From the NCBI GenBank assembly GCA_026129305.1, contig JAHCII010000004.1, positions 10,446-74,445 on the forward strand: DNA of 64,000 bases, given 5' to 3'. The translations under genes were made by a program, and so were the position numbers. The notes under the pieces were generated by a model. That model searched no databases, had not been told where the DNA came from, and saw only the letters and a program-made list of their open reading frames with translations. Source of the DNA: Anaerolineales bacterium. GTDB lineage: Bacteria; Chloroflexota; Anaerolineae; Anaerolineales; UBA11579. Shown piece after piece: positions 9,099 through 21,452 of this stretch (position 1 is the first letter of the stretch; each line of letters begins with the position of its first letter).

Positions 9099-9767
9099 AT
9101 GAGCATGAACTTCGTATTGACCCTGCAGACCCAGCCCAACCCAGGCCAGCGCTTCGAGATCAGCGGCCCCAGCCTTTTGTTGGGCCGTGACCCCAGCGCA
9201 GATATTATGGTGGAAGACTTGGAGGTCTCCCGCCGCCACGCCCGCCTGATCGCCCAGAGTAGCGGCTACGCCATCGAAGACCTGGGCTCCACTAACGGCA
9301 CCTTCGTCAATGAGCGTCCGGTGCGCAGCTTGCTGCCGCTGCGCCCCGGCGACCAGATCCGCCTGGGCGACCAGATCAGCCTGCGCTATGAGGCTGTGCC
9401 CGTCGCTGGCGAAGGCGCCACCAGTAGCTTCCCCGTCTGGCAGGTGGTGCCTGAGGAGCCGGATCCGCTGCCCCCAGCTCCGCCGCCGCTGCCCATGGCT
9501 CAGCCGGAAGCGCACATGGCCCCGCCGCCGGCCGCTGCCCCGCTGCCCATGCCTCAGGCTGAGGAGTACCAGCCGGCCGCCAGCCGCGCCGCCCGCCGCC
9601 GTGAACGGCGCAAGGGCCTGCGCCTGCCGCTGGACAAGCCCTGGGTGGCCCCGGTGCTGATTGTTGGCTTATTGGGTGCCTGCGCCCTGACCTTTTTCTT
9701 TTGGTATGTGGACGCCAACTTCTTATGGTGTGATGTCTTCGGCGGGATCATCCCCGCCTGCCGCTAA
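9099..9767 (+). CDS. FHA domain-containing membrane-anchored protein
   Basis: FHA core LLLGRDPSADIMVEDLEVSRRHARL...GSTNGTFVN, then a Pro-rich linker and a C-terminal TM helix. Confidence 0.75.
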   Translation: MSMNFVLTLQTQPNPGQRFEISGPSLLLGRDPSADIMVEDLEVSRRHARLIAQSSGYAIEDLGSTNGTFVNERPVRSLLPLRPGDQIRLGDQISLRYEAVPVAGEGATSSFPVWQVVPEEPDPLPPAPPPLPMAQPEAHMAPPPAAAPLPMPQAEEYQPAASRAARRRERRKGLRLPLDKPWVAPVLIVGLLGACALTFFFWYVDANFLWCDVFGGIIPACR

Positions 9768-9770
9768 CTC

Positions 9771-9793
9771 AAAGCCCCTACAGGGGCTTTTTT
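9771..9793 (+). terminator. intrinsic terminator after the FHA gene
   Basis: AAAGCCCC-TACA-GGGGCTTTTTT. Confidence 0.7.
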
Positions 9794-9852
9794 CTTGCGG
9801 CGTTACAATGGACACAGTCCCTTAGGAACCCAGTGTGAATTTTGGAGGCTGA

Positions 9853-10923
9853 ATGGCTCGTTTGTTTATTCCCGGTCCGGTAGATGTTGATCCTGAAGTG
9901 GCCGCTGCCCAGACCCAGGCCATGCTGGGGCATCGCAGCGCCCAGTTCGAGGAAATATATCGCCGGGTGGGCGATACCGCCCGCCAACTCTTTTACACCC
10001 AAAGCCGGGTGCTGATCAGCGCTTCTTCCGGCACCGGCATGCATGAGGCGGCGGTGCGCAACCTGGCCCAGGAGCGCCTGTTGTGCTGTGTCAACGGCGC
10101 CTTTGCCGCCCGCTGGCAGCAGGTCGCCGAGACCAACGGCAAGCAAGCCTCTGTGCTGCAAACGGAATGGCAGGAGCCGATCACGCCCGAACTGGTGCGT
10201 GAGGCCCTAAAGGGCGAGCGCTACGAAGCCATCCTGATCGTGCACAACGAGACCTCGACCGGCCTGGTCAACCCGATCCAGGAGATCGCCACCGCGGTGC
10301 ATGAGGCCAGCCCGGACACCTTGATCTGCGTGGATGCGGTCTCCTCCCTGTCCGGCGACAAGATCGAGATGGATGCCTGGGGGCTGGACTTCGTACTAAC
10401 CTCTTCGCAGAAGGCGCTGGCCTTGCCACCCGGCTTGGCTATGGCGGCGGTCAGCGACCGCGCCATGGCCAAGGCTGAGACGGTCAAGAACCGCGGCTGG
10501 TACTTCGACCTGCTGCGTATGGAAAAGCACCGCATCAAAGATTCCACGCCGGCCACGCCGGCGCTCAGCCTGATCTACGCGCTGGATGTGCAGCTGCGCC
10601 GCATCCTGGATGAGGGCCTGGAGGCGCGCTTCGCCCGCCACGCCGCCATGGCGCAGATGGCCCGGGAGTGGGCCCAGCAGCGCGGCTTGCAGCTCTACGC
10701 GCCGGAAGGCTACCGTTCGCAAACCGTGACCACCGTGGACAATACCCGTGAGATAGACATCGCGGCCCTCAACGCCTACCTCGGCGAGCGCGGCATGCGC
10801 ATCGCCAATGGATATGGTCCACTGAAGGGCAAGACATTCCGCATCGGCCACATGGGTGAGCTGCACCCCACTGATGTGGAGGAACTGCTGACCGCCATGG
10901 ACGGCTACTTGGAAACTTTGTAG
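9853..10923 (+). CDS. class V aminotransferase (alanine-glyoxylate / serine-pyruvate aminotransferase family)
   Basis: 356 aa with a typical AGXT-family layout. SSQKAL contains the PLP lysine. Confidence 0.75.
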   Translation: MARLFIPGPVDVDPEVAAAQTQAMLGHRSAQFEEIYRRVGDTARQLFYTQSRVLISASSGTGMHEAAVRNLAQERLLCCVNGAFAARWQQVAETNGKQASVLQTEWQEPITPELVREALKGERYEAILIVHNETSTGLVNPIQEIATAVHEASPDTLICVDAVSSLSGDKIEMDAWGLDFVLTSSQKALALPPGLAMAAVSDRAMAKAETVKNRGWYFDLLRMEKHRIKDSTPATPALSLIYALDVQLRRILDEGLEARFARHAAMAQMAREWAQQRGLQLYAPEGYRSQTVTTVDNTREIDIAALNAYLGERGMRIANGYGPLKGKTFRIGHMGELHPTDVEELLTAMDGYLETL

Positions 10924-10937
10924 TTAACTCAGCCAAC

Positions 10938-10967
10938 AAAAAAGAGCGCCATGAGGCGCTCTTTTTT
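10938..10967. terminator. bidirectional intrinsic terminator between convergent genes
   Basis: AAAAAAGAGCGCC-ATGA-GGCGCTCTTTTTT. Confidence 0.75.
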
Positions 10968-10985
10968 GTTCTTGTATCAGCGTTT

Positions 10986-11390
10986 TTAACGTGGGCGCTT
11001 GGCGCTGGAGCGCGGCTTGCCATCCGGAATGATGGCGTACAGTACCATGCTCACCAGGCTGACGATGATGGCGCCAAAGAAGGCGTCCGGCCACATTTGG
11101 ATGGTGCTGGTCACGCCAAACTGTGAGCCGATCCAAAAGGTCAGCGAGAACAGCAGCGTGTTCACCACCAGGCTGAACAGGCCCAGGGTCAGGACGTAGA
11201 ACGGGCAGGTGACCAGCTTAAGCAGCGGGCGGATGAGCACGTTCACCAGGCCGAAGATCAAGCCCAGGGCCACATACGTCACCCAGTTCTGCGGGTCGGT
11301 GACCGCACCTTGCAGGCCTGGCACCAGGTAGATGGCGGCATATAGCGCCACTGCGTTGACGGCCAGACGAACGATCCAAAGACTTTCCAT
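10986..11390 (-). CDS. small membrane protein, phage-holin-4_2/DUF360-like
   Basis: 134 aa with 4 hydrophobic helices. The YAAIYLVPG...GLIFGLVNVLIRPLL pattern is typical of the YvlD/DUF360 family. Lies downstream of the response regulator. Confidence 0.55.
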   Translation of the reverse strand: MESLWIVRLAVNAVALYAAIYLVPGLQGAVTDPQNWVTYVALGLIFGLVNVLIRPLLKLVTCPFYVLTLGLFSLVVNTLLFSLTFWIGSQFGVTSTIQMWPDAFFGAIIVSLVSMVLYAIIPDGKPRSSAKRPR

Positions 11391-11404
11391 AATTCAAAAA
11401 CCTC

Positions 11405-12064
11405 CTAGTTTTCCTCAGGGGCAAAATTTTCTATGTGGTGTTTCACCGCATAGGCCGCGGCTTCGGCCCGGGTCGCCAGGCTGAGCTTGCTGAGTATAGA
11501 GCTAACGTAATTGCGCACCGTTTTCTCACTCAAGAATACCTCGCTGGCGATCTCTTTGTTGCGTTTTCCCTGCGCCACCAGACCCAAAATGCGCAGTTCC
11601 TGGTCGGTCAGTGGCGAAAAAGCCTCGGTTTCGGCCTTGCGCTGGGTTTCACGCATGCGCTTGAAGACCTGTTGGGTCACGGCCGGGTCCAGCAGCGATT
11701 CACCGCGGCCAATGCGTTCCAGAGCGTTGATCAGCTCTCCGCTGTCGATCTGCTTGAGCACATAGCCGGAAGCTCCGGCGGAAATGGCGTCGAAGAGCAG
11801 ATCGTCATCAGCAAAGGTGGTCAGCATAATGACTTTGGTGTCCGGCTGGGCGGTGGTGATCTCCCGGGTGGCCTCAATGCCGCTTTTGCCGGGCAAGCGA
11901 ATGTCCATCACGATCACATCTGGCTGGTACTCTGCCGCCAGGCGGATGGCCTGCTCGGCGTTGCCCGCTTCGGCCACCACTTCGAATTTGGGATAATTGG
12001 AGAGCAGCGATTTCAGTCCCAGGCGGACTACTTCGTGATCGTCAACTAACAGGATTTTCAGCAT
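11405..12064 (-). CDS. two-component response regulator, NarL/LuxR family
   Basis: REC domain ([17 protein letters not shown]...[11 protein letters not shown]) plus a C-terminal LuxR HTH ([23 protein letters not shown]). Confidence 0.9.
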   Translation of the reverse strand: MLKILLVDDHEVVRLGLKSLLSNYPKFEVVAEAGNAEQAIRLAAEYQPDVIVMDIRLPGKSGIEATREITTAQPDTKVIMLTTFADDDLLFDAISAGASGYVLKQIDSGELINALERIGRGESLLDPAVTQQVFKRMRETQRKAETEAFSPLTDQELRILGLVAQGKRNKEIASEVFLSEKTVRNYVSSILSKLSLATRAEAAAYAVKHHIENFAPEEN

Positions 12065-12112
12065 GCAAATTCCCGACTGGGCGAAAGTTTATAATGAGAA
12101 CGTGATTATAGC

Positions 12113-13501
12113 ATGCGCAGGTTTGGGCCGATGAACAACCGCCAACTCCGCTGGCTGGCAGTCATACTGCCTACGTTGTTTTTGGCGCTGGTGTTGTATT
12201 TGCGTTTCCGTGCGCCCACAGAACATGAACTGGCCGCCAATGTGTACGCCATCCTGGCGGTCATGCTGGGGGCGATCATTTTTTCCATCTTCGTCTTCAG
12301 CGCCATCGAGCGCAGCCAGGAAGCGCTGCATGAGACCAACAGCCAACTCGAGGCTCTGCACCAGGCGGCTCTGACGCTGACCACCGAGCTGGACTTGCAG
12401 TCTGTGCTTCAAAAAGTGGTGGATCTCAGCCGCCAGCTGCTGAATGCCAAATATGGCGCCCTAGGCGTGGTGGACCCGGGCAACAACCGCATTCGCCAAT
12501 TCCTGACCTCCGGCATCAGCGACGAGGTGCGCGCCCGCATCGGTGCGCCGCCGCAAGGCCACGGCCTGCTGGGGGTGCTTAACCCCGGCGGCCAGCCGCT
12601 GCTGGTCAATGACATCAGCAAAGATCCGCGCTCGGGTGGTTTTCCACCCAACCATCCGCCCATGCAGTCCTTGCTGGGCGTGCCCATTCGTTCCAAGGGA
12701 GAATTGTTCGGCAATCTGTACTTGGCGGATAAGTACGAGAACTCCAGTACCGGAGAGCATTTGTTGAACTTTGACCCCAGCGACCAGCAGTTGCTGGAGA
12801 AATTTGCCACCCAGGCTGCCATCGCGATTGAGAACGCCCAGCTCTACCGAAAGACGCAGGAACTGGCCGTTCTGCAGGAGCGGGAGCGCTTTGGCATGGC
12901 CCTGCATGATGGCATCATGCAGCAGGTCTATGCCACCGGCCTGGCACTGCAGGAGGCCCAACGCCGCATCAGCGACCAACAGCCGCAGCAGGCTGGCGAG
13001 CGTATTGCCCAATCGATCGAAGACCTCAGTCAGATCCTGCGCGATTTGCGCAACTACATCCTGGGCCTGCGCACCGGCCGCTACCAGGGGCAGGACCTGG
13101 CCACCAGCCTGGGCCAGATGGCCCGGGAACTGCATGCCAACACACTGATGCAGGTCAGCTTTACTCCGCCTGTCAAAGCGGCGTCGCTGGGATTGAGTGA
13201 GGAGCAGACCGATGAACTTATATACATTGTGCAGGAGGCGCTCAACAATATTCGCAAACATGCCTATGCGCGTAATGTAGATCTGGGTTTGGAGCGCCAG
13301 GAAGCGGATGTGCGCCTGCGCATTGATGATGATGGCGACGGCTTTGACCCGGAAGCAGCTGGCGAAGGCGGCGGCAATGGGCTGCGCAACATGCGTGAGC
13401 GCGCCGCAAGGCTGGGCGCCAGCCTGCGTCTGTGGTCGCAGCCTGGCAAAGGCACTCATCTCGAATTGCTGGTGCCTGTGCCCGCAGAGGAGAAGTTTTA
13501 A
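12113..13501 (+). CDS. GAF domain-containing sensor histidine kinase (HisKA_3 type)
   Basis: Two N-terminal TM helices, a GAF region, an H-box ERERFGMALHDGIMQ, and a HATPase N/G box (EALNNIRKHA, DDGDGF, GNGLRNMRERA). Divergent from its response regulator. Confidence 0.85.
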   Translation: MRRFGPMNNRQLRWLAVILPTLFLALVLYLRFRAPTEHELAANVYAILAVMLGAIIFSIFVFSAIERSQEALHETNSQLEALHQAALTLTTELDLQSVLQKVVDLSRQLLNAKYGALGVVDPGNNRIRQFLTSGISDEVRARIGAPPQGHGLLGVLNPGGQPLLVNDISKDPRSGGFPPNHPPMQSLLGVPIRSKGELFGNLYLADKYENSSTGEHLLNFDPSDQQLLEKFATQAAIAIENAQLYRKTQELAVLQERERFGMALHDGIMQQVYATGLALQEAQRRISDQQPQQAGERIAQSIEDLSQILRDLRNYILGLRTGRYQGQDLATSLGQMARELHANTLMQVSFTPPVKAASLGLSEEQTDELIYIVQEALNNIRKHAYARNVDLGLERQEADVRLRIDDDGDGFDPEAAGEGGGNGLRNMRERAARLGASLRLWSQPGKGTHLELLVPVPAEEKF

Positions 13502-13632
13502 AGGGCCGGGCATAATGTCCCAAAAAGTCGGGACAAGCGCGCGGACAGCTGTACCTGTTTGACAAGCACGACGATATTTATAGTTAGCGCAACTTGATAG
13601 AGATTCGCCTTATGCGAATCAAGGAGATTGAG

Positions 13633-14199
13633 ATGGCATCTATACTGCAACGTGGACGTGTAATCCAAGACCCCAATTTCGTGCGCACCCTGTTCAACGA
13701 TACCCGCATGGCCTGGCTGTGGCTGGTGGTGCGCATCTGGTTGGGCTACGAGTGGCTGGAAGCCGGCCTGCATAAGGTTGAGAGCCCGGCCTGGACGCAA
13801 ACCGGCGACGCGATCAAGGGCTTTTGGACCGGCGCGGTGGCTATCCCTGAGGGCGGCCGCGCTCCGATCACCTTCGACTGGTACCGCAGCTTCATTCAGT
13901 TCCTGCTGGACAGCGAATCGCACGCTTGGTTTGGCCCGCTGGTGGCTTACGGCGAAGTGCTGATCGGCATCGCCCTGATCTTGGGCGCCTTCACCGGCAT
14001 TGCCGCCTTCTTCGGTGGCCTGATGAACTGGAACTTCATGATGGCTGGTTCGGCCAGCAGCAACCCTTTGCTCTTCGTGGCCTCCCTCGGCCTGGTCATG
14101 GCCTGGAAGATCGCCGGTTACATCGGCCTGGACTACTTCCTGCTGCCCCTGATCGGCACCCCGTGGGGTTGGGTCTCTGAACGAAAACCCAAGAGCTAG
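13633..14199 (+). CDS. DoxX/DoxD-family membrane protein
   Basis: Trimmed to ATG 13633, which has AAGGAG 6 nt upstream. The WLWLVVRIWLGYEWLEAGLHK pattern and 4 TM helices fit the family. Confidence 0.6.
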   Translation: MASILQRGRVIQDPNFVRTLFNDTRMAWLWLVVRIWLGYEWLEAGLHKVESPAWTQTGDAIKGFWTGAVAIPEGGRAPITFDWYRSFIQFLLDSESHAWFGPLVAYGEVLIGIALILGAFTGIAAFFGGLMNWNFMMAGSASSNPLLFVASLGLVMAWKIAGYIGLDYFLLPLIGTPWGWVSERKPKS

Positions 14200-14237
14200 T
14201 TTATAGCCCTCCAAGGCTAAAGGTTTCTCTCCTTCAC

Positions 14238-14268
14238 AAAACTGGGCCTGCATTGCAGGCCCAGTTTT
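14238..14268. terminator. bidirectional intrinsic terminator
   Basis: AAAACTGGGCCTG-CATTG-CAGGCCCAGTTTT, between convergent genes. Confidence 0.75.
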
Positions 14269-14291
14269 GATTCGATCCTCTTGTTGTCGTG

Positions 14292-14693
14292 CTAGCCGAG
14301 CAAGGCACGGTGGTCCACCATGATGCAGCGGTCCATGACGATCGGCAGCCCGGCCGCCCCCGCCCGCTGGGCGGCAGCCTGGTCGGCCACGCCCAGCTGG
14401 GCCCACACGCTGCCGGCCCCTGCGGCAACCGCCTGGGCCACGACCGCGTCCAGCTCTTCAGAGCGCCGGAAGACATTGACGATATCGACCTGCTCAGGCA
14501 GGTCTGCCAGGCTGGGGTAGGCGCGCTCGCCGGCCACTTCGGTGATCATCGGGTTGACGGCGTAAACGCGGTAACCTACCTGGCGCAGATATTCTGCAAT
14601 GCGGTAGCTGGTGCGGTGCGGCTTGTCTGAGTGACCGACTACCGCGATGGTTTTGGCCTGGTTGAGCAGGCTCTTGCGGGCTTCATTGTCCAT
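14292..14693 (-). CDS. CoA-binding protein (YccU-like)
   Basis: KTIAVVGHSDKPHRTSYRIAEYLRQVGYRVYAVNP. Confidence 0.8.
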   Translation of the reverse strand: MDNEARKSLLNQAKTIAVVGHSDKPHRTSYRIAEYLRQVGYRVYAVNPMITEVAGERAYPSLADLPEQVDIVNVFRRSEELDAVVAQAVAAGAGSVWAQLGVADQAAAQRAGAAGLPIVMDRCIMVDHRALLG

Positions 14694-15690
14694 TAAAAGT
14701 GATTTCCTTCCAAGGATAGTCCATCCAGATCAGGGTGCGTGTGGCGCGGAAGCCGCAGCTTTGCAGGGCTTCTGCGGCCCGTCCGGCAGGATAGTTTAGC
14801 GCGAGCGGACGGTAACTGTAGAGGTGCTTGTTAGCCAGCTGTATCAATGCGGGCAGGGCAGCGGCTTCGCTTTCAGTGGGGGCCGCCAACCACAAGTTGT
14901 CGGCTTCGAGGCCCGAGGATTGCCAGGCCAGGCTGCCCAGCAGCTGTTCGCCCTGCCGCGCGCTCCACTGCTGAACCTGGCGGCCACTGAGGGCGCGCTC
15001 CAGGCTGCCGCGCCAGCCGGGCTGCAGCAGGCGCGCTTCCAACGGCAGCTGCCAGCGCAAGTCAGCGGGGTAATTGGCGTCCAGCCAGGCTTCCTGCTGC
15101 GCCCAGTCTTCGCTCTTGCGCGGGCCAGCAGTAGCTGTCGTGGCCGGCTTGCTGGGGGCGGGCTGCCACACCAACCGCCAGCTGGTGCGGCGCATGCGTT
15201 CACGGAAGCCGATTTGCGCGTAGAGCTGGATGGCGGCCGGATTCTTGGCATCCACCTGCAGCCAGGTGGCCGGCTGGCCGCGGCGCTGCAGCTCTTGCAG
15301 GGCTGCAGCGGTCAGCGCGGCGGCAATGCCGCGGCGGCGCCGGCTGGGGTGCACGGCCACATTGGCGATCAGGTACAGTTTCTGCCCCTGGTGCGACTGG
15401 GGGATCAGGCTCAGGTTGCCGACCACCTGCTCACCCTCCTGCCATACAAAGCCATTCATCGGCAGGTCGGTGCGCCCACCGCTAGCCGCCAGGTCGAGCA
15501 GCGGCCCGCCGCGGGCGGCCTGGCGCATTTGGTCGATGTACAGGCGGCCGTCTGCATCCAGCGTGTCGGCAAAGCACAGCTCCACCAGATCGGCCACCGG
15601 GTTCAGGTCGCGGCGCAGATCAAAGCGGCGCACATGATGGGATGTGTCTTGGGGAAGGGCAATGGCCTGGGAGTTCATGCGACCCGTCAA
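14683..15690 (-). CDS. GNAT family N-acetyltransferase (two-domain)
   Basis: Acetyl-CoA motif VAVHPSRRRRGIAAALTAAAL. Overlaps the downstream CoA-binding gene by 11 nt. Confidence 0.7.
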   Translation of the reverse strand: MTGRMNSQAIALPQDTSHHVRRFDLRRDLNPVADLVELCFADTLDADGRLYIDQMRQAARGGPLLDLAASGGRTDLPMNGFVWQEGEQVVGNLSLIPQSHQGQKLYLIANVAVHPSRRRRGIAAALTAAALQELQRRGQPATWLQVDAKNPAAIQLYAQIGFRERMRRTSWRLVWQPAPSKPATTATAGPRKSEDWAQQEAWLDANYPADLRWQLPLEARLLQPGWRGSLERALSGRQVQQWSARQGEQLLGSLAWQSSGLEADNLWLAAPTESEAAALPALIQLANKHLYSYRPLALNYPAGRAAEALQSCGFRATRTLIWMDYPWKEITFNGQ

Positions 15691-15720
15691 TTATATTCCT
15701 GCGCGATATAATTACGAATT

Positions 15721-16548
15721 ATGCTCGTTGCTAAATCGAAAATCTGGTCGCTGTTTGCTGTATTGACGATTTTATTGGCCGTGGCCTTCAGTTTGCCTGC
15801 GCCTGTGTTGGCGGCTGACCTGAGCCAGCAGGCCACGCCGCAGCCCCTGCCTCCGGCCGGCGAGGATGGCCGTATTCTGTATACCGTGCAGGCCGGCGAT
15901 TCGCCGTGGGCGATTTCCGCCCGGTTTGGCATCCCCCTGCAAACCCTGCAAAGCTTGAACAATTGGGGCCCCGACGCAGTGGTTGCGGAAGGACAGGTGA
16001 TCTTATTGGGCTTGGCCGAGGAACCCACCGCGACCACAGACCCGCAAGATTCGGTGGTGGCGACGGCCACACCCGAAGGCCCGCTGGACAACCCCGGCAC
16101 GGGCGTGATCTGTGTATTGCTGTTTGACGACGTCAATGGGGATGCCATGCGCCAGGAAACGGAATTCGGCATTTCCGGCGGCCAGGCCAGCGTGAGTGAA
16201 CGCACCGGCCTGGCCAGCCGCACGCTGGCGACCCAAAGCGGCCTGGACGAGAACGGAGAACCGGCGCGCAGCTGTTTCGAGGACTTGCCCTTGGGCGAAT
16301 ATACGATCAGTGTCGCCATCCCCGACGGCTACAACCCCACCACTGCCCCCAACATCACCATTCAGATCGCCCCGGGCCAGACGCAGGACATCAACTTCGG
16401 CGCCCAGCAGAGTTCTTCCGGCGGCTTCAATGTGCTTTCGCCGGAAGAGGGCGGTCGTTCGCCCCTGATGGGCCTGCTGGGCATTGTGCTGCTGCTGGCG
16501 GGTGGCGGCCTTGGCTTTTACACGCTGCAGTTGGGCCGCAGACGGTAG
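15721..16548 (+). CDS. LysM domain protein with Cna-B/SdrD-like domain and C-terminal TM anchor
   Basis: Signal peptide. LysM segment YTVQAGDSPWAISARFGIPLQTLQSLNNW. Beta-sandwich-like segment FEDLPLGEYTISVAIPDGYNPT. C-terminal hydrophobic helix followed by RRR. Confidence 0.7.
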   Translation: MLVAKSKIWSLFAVLTILLAVAFSLPAPVLAADLSQQATPQPLPPAGEDGRILYTVQAGDSPWAISARFGIPLQTLQSLNNWGPDAVVAEGQVILLGLAEEPTATTDPQDSVVATATPEGPLDNPGTGVICVLLFDDVNGDAMRQETEFGISGGQASVSERTGLASRTLATQSGLDENGEPARSCFEDLPLGEYTISVAIPDGYNPTTAPNITIQIAPGQTQDINFGAQQSSSGGFNVLSPEEGGRSPLMGLLGIVLLLAGGGLGFYTLQLGRRR

Positions 16549-16562
16549 AGAATTGTAAAAAT

Positions 16563-16609
16563 AGAGATTGGAGATTTTGCATAATCTCCTATTTCTAGTC
16601 TCCAATCTG
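16563..16609. repeat. RGAGATT heptamer inverted-array element, copy A
   Basis: AGAGATT-GGAGATT (16563-16576) faces AATCTCC (16583-16589) and AGTCTCC-AATCTG (16597-16609). Lies between convergent gene ends. The right arm encodes the final QIGD-stop of the glycosyltransferase. Confidence 0.8.
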
Positions 16610-17635
16610 CCTGTATATTTCCCCCAGCTTCTCCCTAAACTCATTCGCATTCCAGGCCCCTGCGTGTTTGATCGCCGCGTCCTCCAGCTCTTCGCGCACT
16701 TTCTCATCCACCACGACCGTGATGATGGCGGCGCCGAAGGCGCGCGAGTCGCCGGGCTGCAGCAAGTAGCCTGCCGAGCCGAGCAGTGCTTCGCTGGACG
16801 CGTTCTGCAGCGCCACGATGGCTTTGCCGCAGGCCAGCGCCTGGCGGTAAGGGTCGCCCCAGGCCAGCGGTGGGGCGGCGCAGACCACTGCGCTGCTGCA
16901 CTGAAGCAGCGCAGCCTGCTCGGGCGGGTCCAGCAGTGGGGCTACGCGCACTGTGTCGCCGGCGTGCTGGGCTTCCAGTTGGCTTTGCAGCCAGGCGGCG
17001 TGCTGGGCATCGGTGGGCGCCAGCAACAGGGGGTAGTACTCACCGATCGATGCGGAGGCCCAGCTCCAGCTGTCCAGCAGGGCGCCCAGCGCGGCTTCTT
17101 CTACCAGGCCCAAGACTAGTACATATTCGTCCGGCAGCCCGGCGGGAGCCTGCCGCGGCCGGGTCGGGGTGAAACTGGGGTGCACGGACGGGCCGAGACG
17201 CTGCAGTGTACCGGGCAGGCGCGGGGCGGGCAGATCCTGCGGCCACAGAATATGGGCGCGGGCCAGGCCGCCGCGGCCCATGGCGGCTTGCAGCAGACTG
17301 CGCCCGCCGGGGCCTTCCGGCTCCGCCGGGCTGGCCACAGTGGGCGTCTTGCCCAGCAGGCTGGCGCCCAGCCCACAGGTGTGGATGGCGTCTGCAGCGT
17401 GCTCGGCGGCCAGTTGTGGCAGGATGCGCTGCTCCCAGTCGCCGCGGGCATGGCTGTGCCAGTAGACTGCTTTGGGCCCATCTGGCAGCGGGGCGTTCTG
17501 CGGGTCGGTGGGCAGGGCCAGCAACGGCTCCACACCCTCTGGCGCGGCGGCCAGCAGCGTGCGCAAGTGCCAGGCCGCCGGGCTAAGCGGCGCATAGGCC
17601 AGCGGCCAGCCATCGTAAAGCATGCGAATAGGCAT
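16595..17635 (-). CDS. glycosyltransferase (GT-B fold, family 1/4-like)
   Basis: 346 aa with a C-terminal GT1-like region (ALACGKAIVAL...LGSAGYLLQPGD). The family assignment is approximate. Confidence 0.55.
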   Translation of the reverse strand: MPIRMLYDGWPLAYAPLSPAAWHLRTLLAAAPEGVEPLLALPTDPQNAPLPDGPKAVYWHSHARGDWEQRILPQLAAEHAADAIHTCGLGASLLGKTPTVASPAEPEGPGGRSLLQAAMGRGGLARAHILWPQDLPAPRLPGTLQRLGPSVHPSFTPTRPRQAPAGLPDEYVLVLGLVEEAALGALLDSWSWASASIGEYYPLLLAPTDAQHAAWLQSQLEAQHAGDTVRVAPLLDPPEQAALLQCSSAVVCAAPPLAWGDPYRQALACGKAIVALQNASSEALLGSAGYLLQPGDSRAFGAAIITVVVDEKVREELEDAAIKHAGAWNANEFREKLGEIYRQIGD

Positions 17636-17683
17636 GGGGGAAGTAAATCAGGGACGAGGAAATTGGTCAATGGATAAGAGAAT

Positions 17684-17744
17684 AGAGATTGGAGAATGGA
17701 GATTTAACTCGATCCCCATCGCTAATCTCTATTCTCCAATCTCC
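17684..17744. repeat. RGAGATT heptamer inverted-array element, copy B
   Basis: AGAGATT-GGAGAAT-GGAGATT (17684-17704), a 19-nt loop, then AATCTCT-ATTCTCC-AATCTCC (17724-17744). About 20 of 21 positions can pair. Confidence 0.85.
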
Positions 17745-17779
17745 AGTTACCAATTTCTCTGGCATATAATGAGCCTTCC

Positions 17780-20785
<3,006 letters not shown>

Positions 20786-20809
20786 CCCTTCAACCCTTTG
20801 TCGTGACGA

Positions 20810-20844
20810 GGCGAGGACGTTGCTCGAACGTCCTCGCCTTTTTT
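20810..20844 (+). terminator. intrinsic terminator of glyQS
   Basis: GGCGAGGACG, a 9-nt loop, CGTCCTCGCC, then TTTTTT. Confidence 0.8.
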
Positions 20845-21041
20845 GTTGTCGGTGTTGTGTTTGTTGCAGGTGTTGTCAGTGTTGTAGGTTTTGTGGTGCT
20901 TTTTGGGCGGCGGCGTGGGTGGTTTTGCGAAAGAGTTGGGTTTGGAGTTTGGGATGAATAGATTGTCGCGCCGGTGGGGGAGGGCGTGTGGGATGTGGGT
21001 GGAATGTCAAGCGGGACAGAGCGCTGGGCGAAGACGCCCGG

Positions 21042-21431
21042 CTATGCGCTGCTTTGCAGCGGCGCATTCAATTCAATCAAGGTGCCCGCCGGGTCGCGCA
21101 GATGGGCCACCCGCAATACCCAGGCGGGCTGGTCGTGCGGCTCGCGCACGAACTGGACGCCTTTGGCGTTGAGGGCTTCAAAGGCGGCGTCCACGTCCGG
21201 CACTTGGAAGGTTAGGGCGGCCTGGTCACCAGACGCCGCAGACGGGGTGCCCAGCACGCCGGCCATTAGCTCGCGCGAGTAGAGGCCCAGGCGGCAATCG
21301 CCGGCCAGGAATTCGTAATAGATGCCGTCCACTGCCACCACTTCCTCCAGCTCAAGCACCTCTTTGTAAAAAGCCCGGCAAGCTTCTATTTCGTCTAGCA
21401 ACAGGCGAGTGTGGGTCAATTTGATGTCCAT
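21042..21431 (-). CDS. VOC (glyoxalase/bleomycin-resistance) family protein
   Basis: 129 aa: MDIKLTHTRLLLDEIEACRAFYKEVL...GTLIEL, a typical VOC fold pattern. Confidence 0.7.
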   Translation of the reverse strand: MDIKLTHTRLLLDEIEACRAFYKEVLELEEVVAVDGIYYEFLAGDCRLGLYSRELMAGVLGTPSAASGDQAALTFQVPDVDAAFEALNAKGVQFVREPHDQPAWVLRVAHLRDPAGTLIELNAPLQSSA

Positions 21432-21452
21432 AAGGCTCTCCTTGCTTCTATC

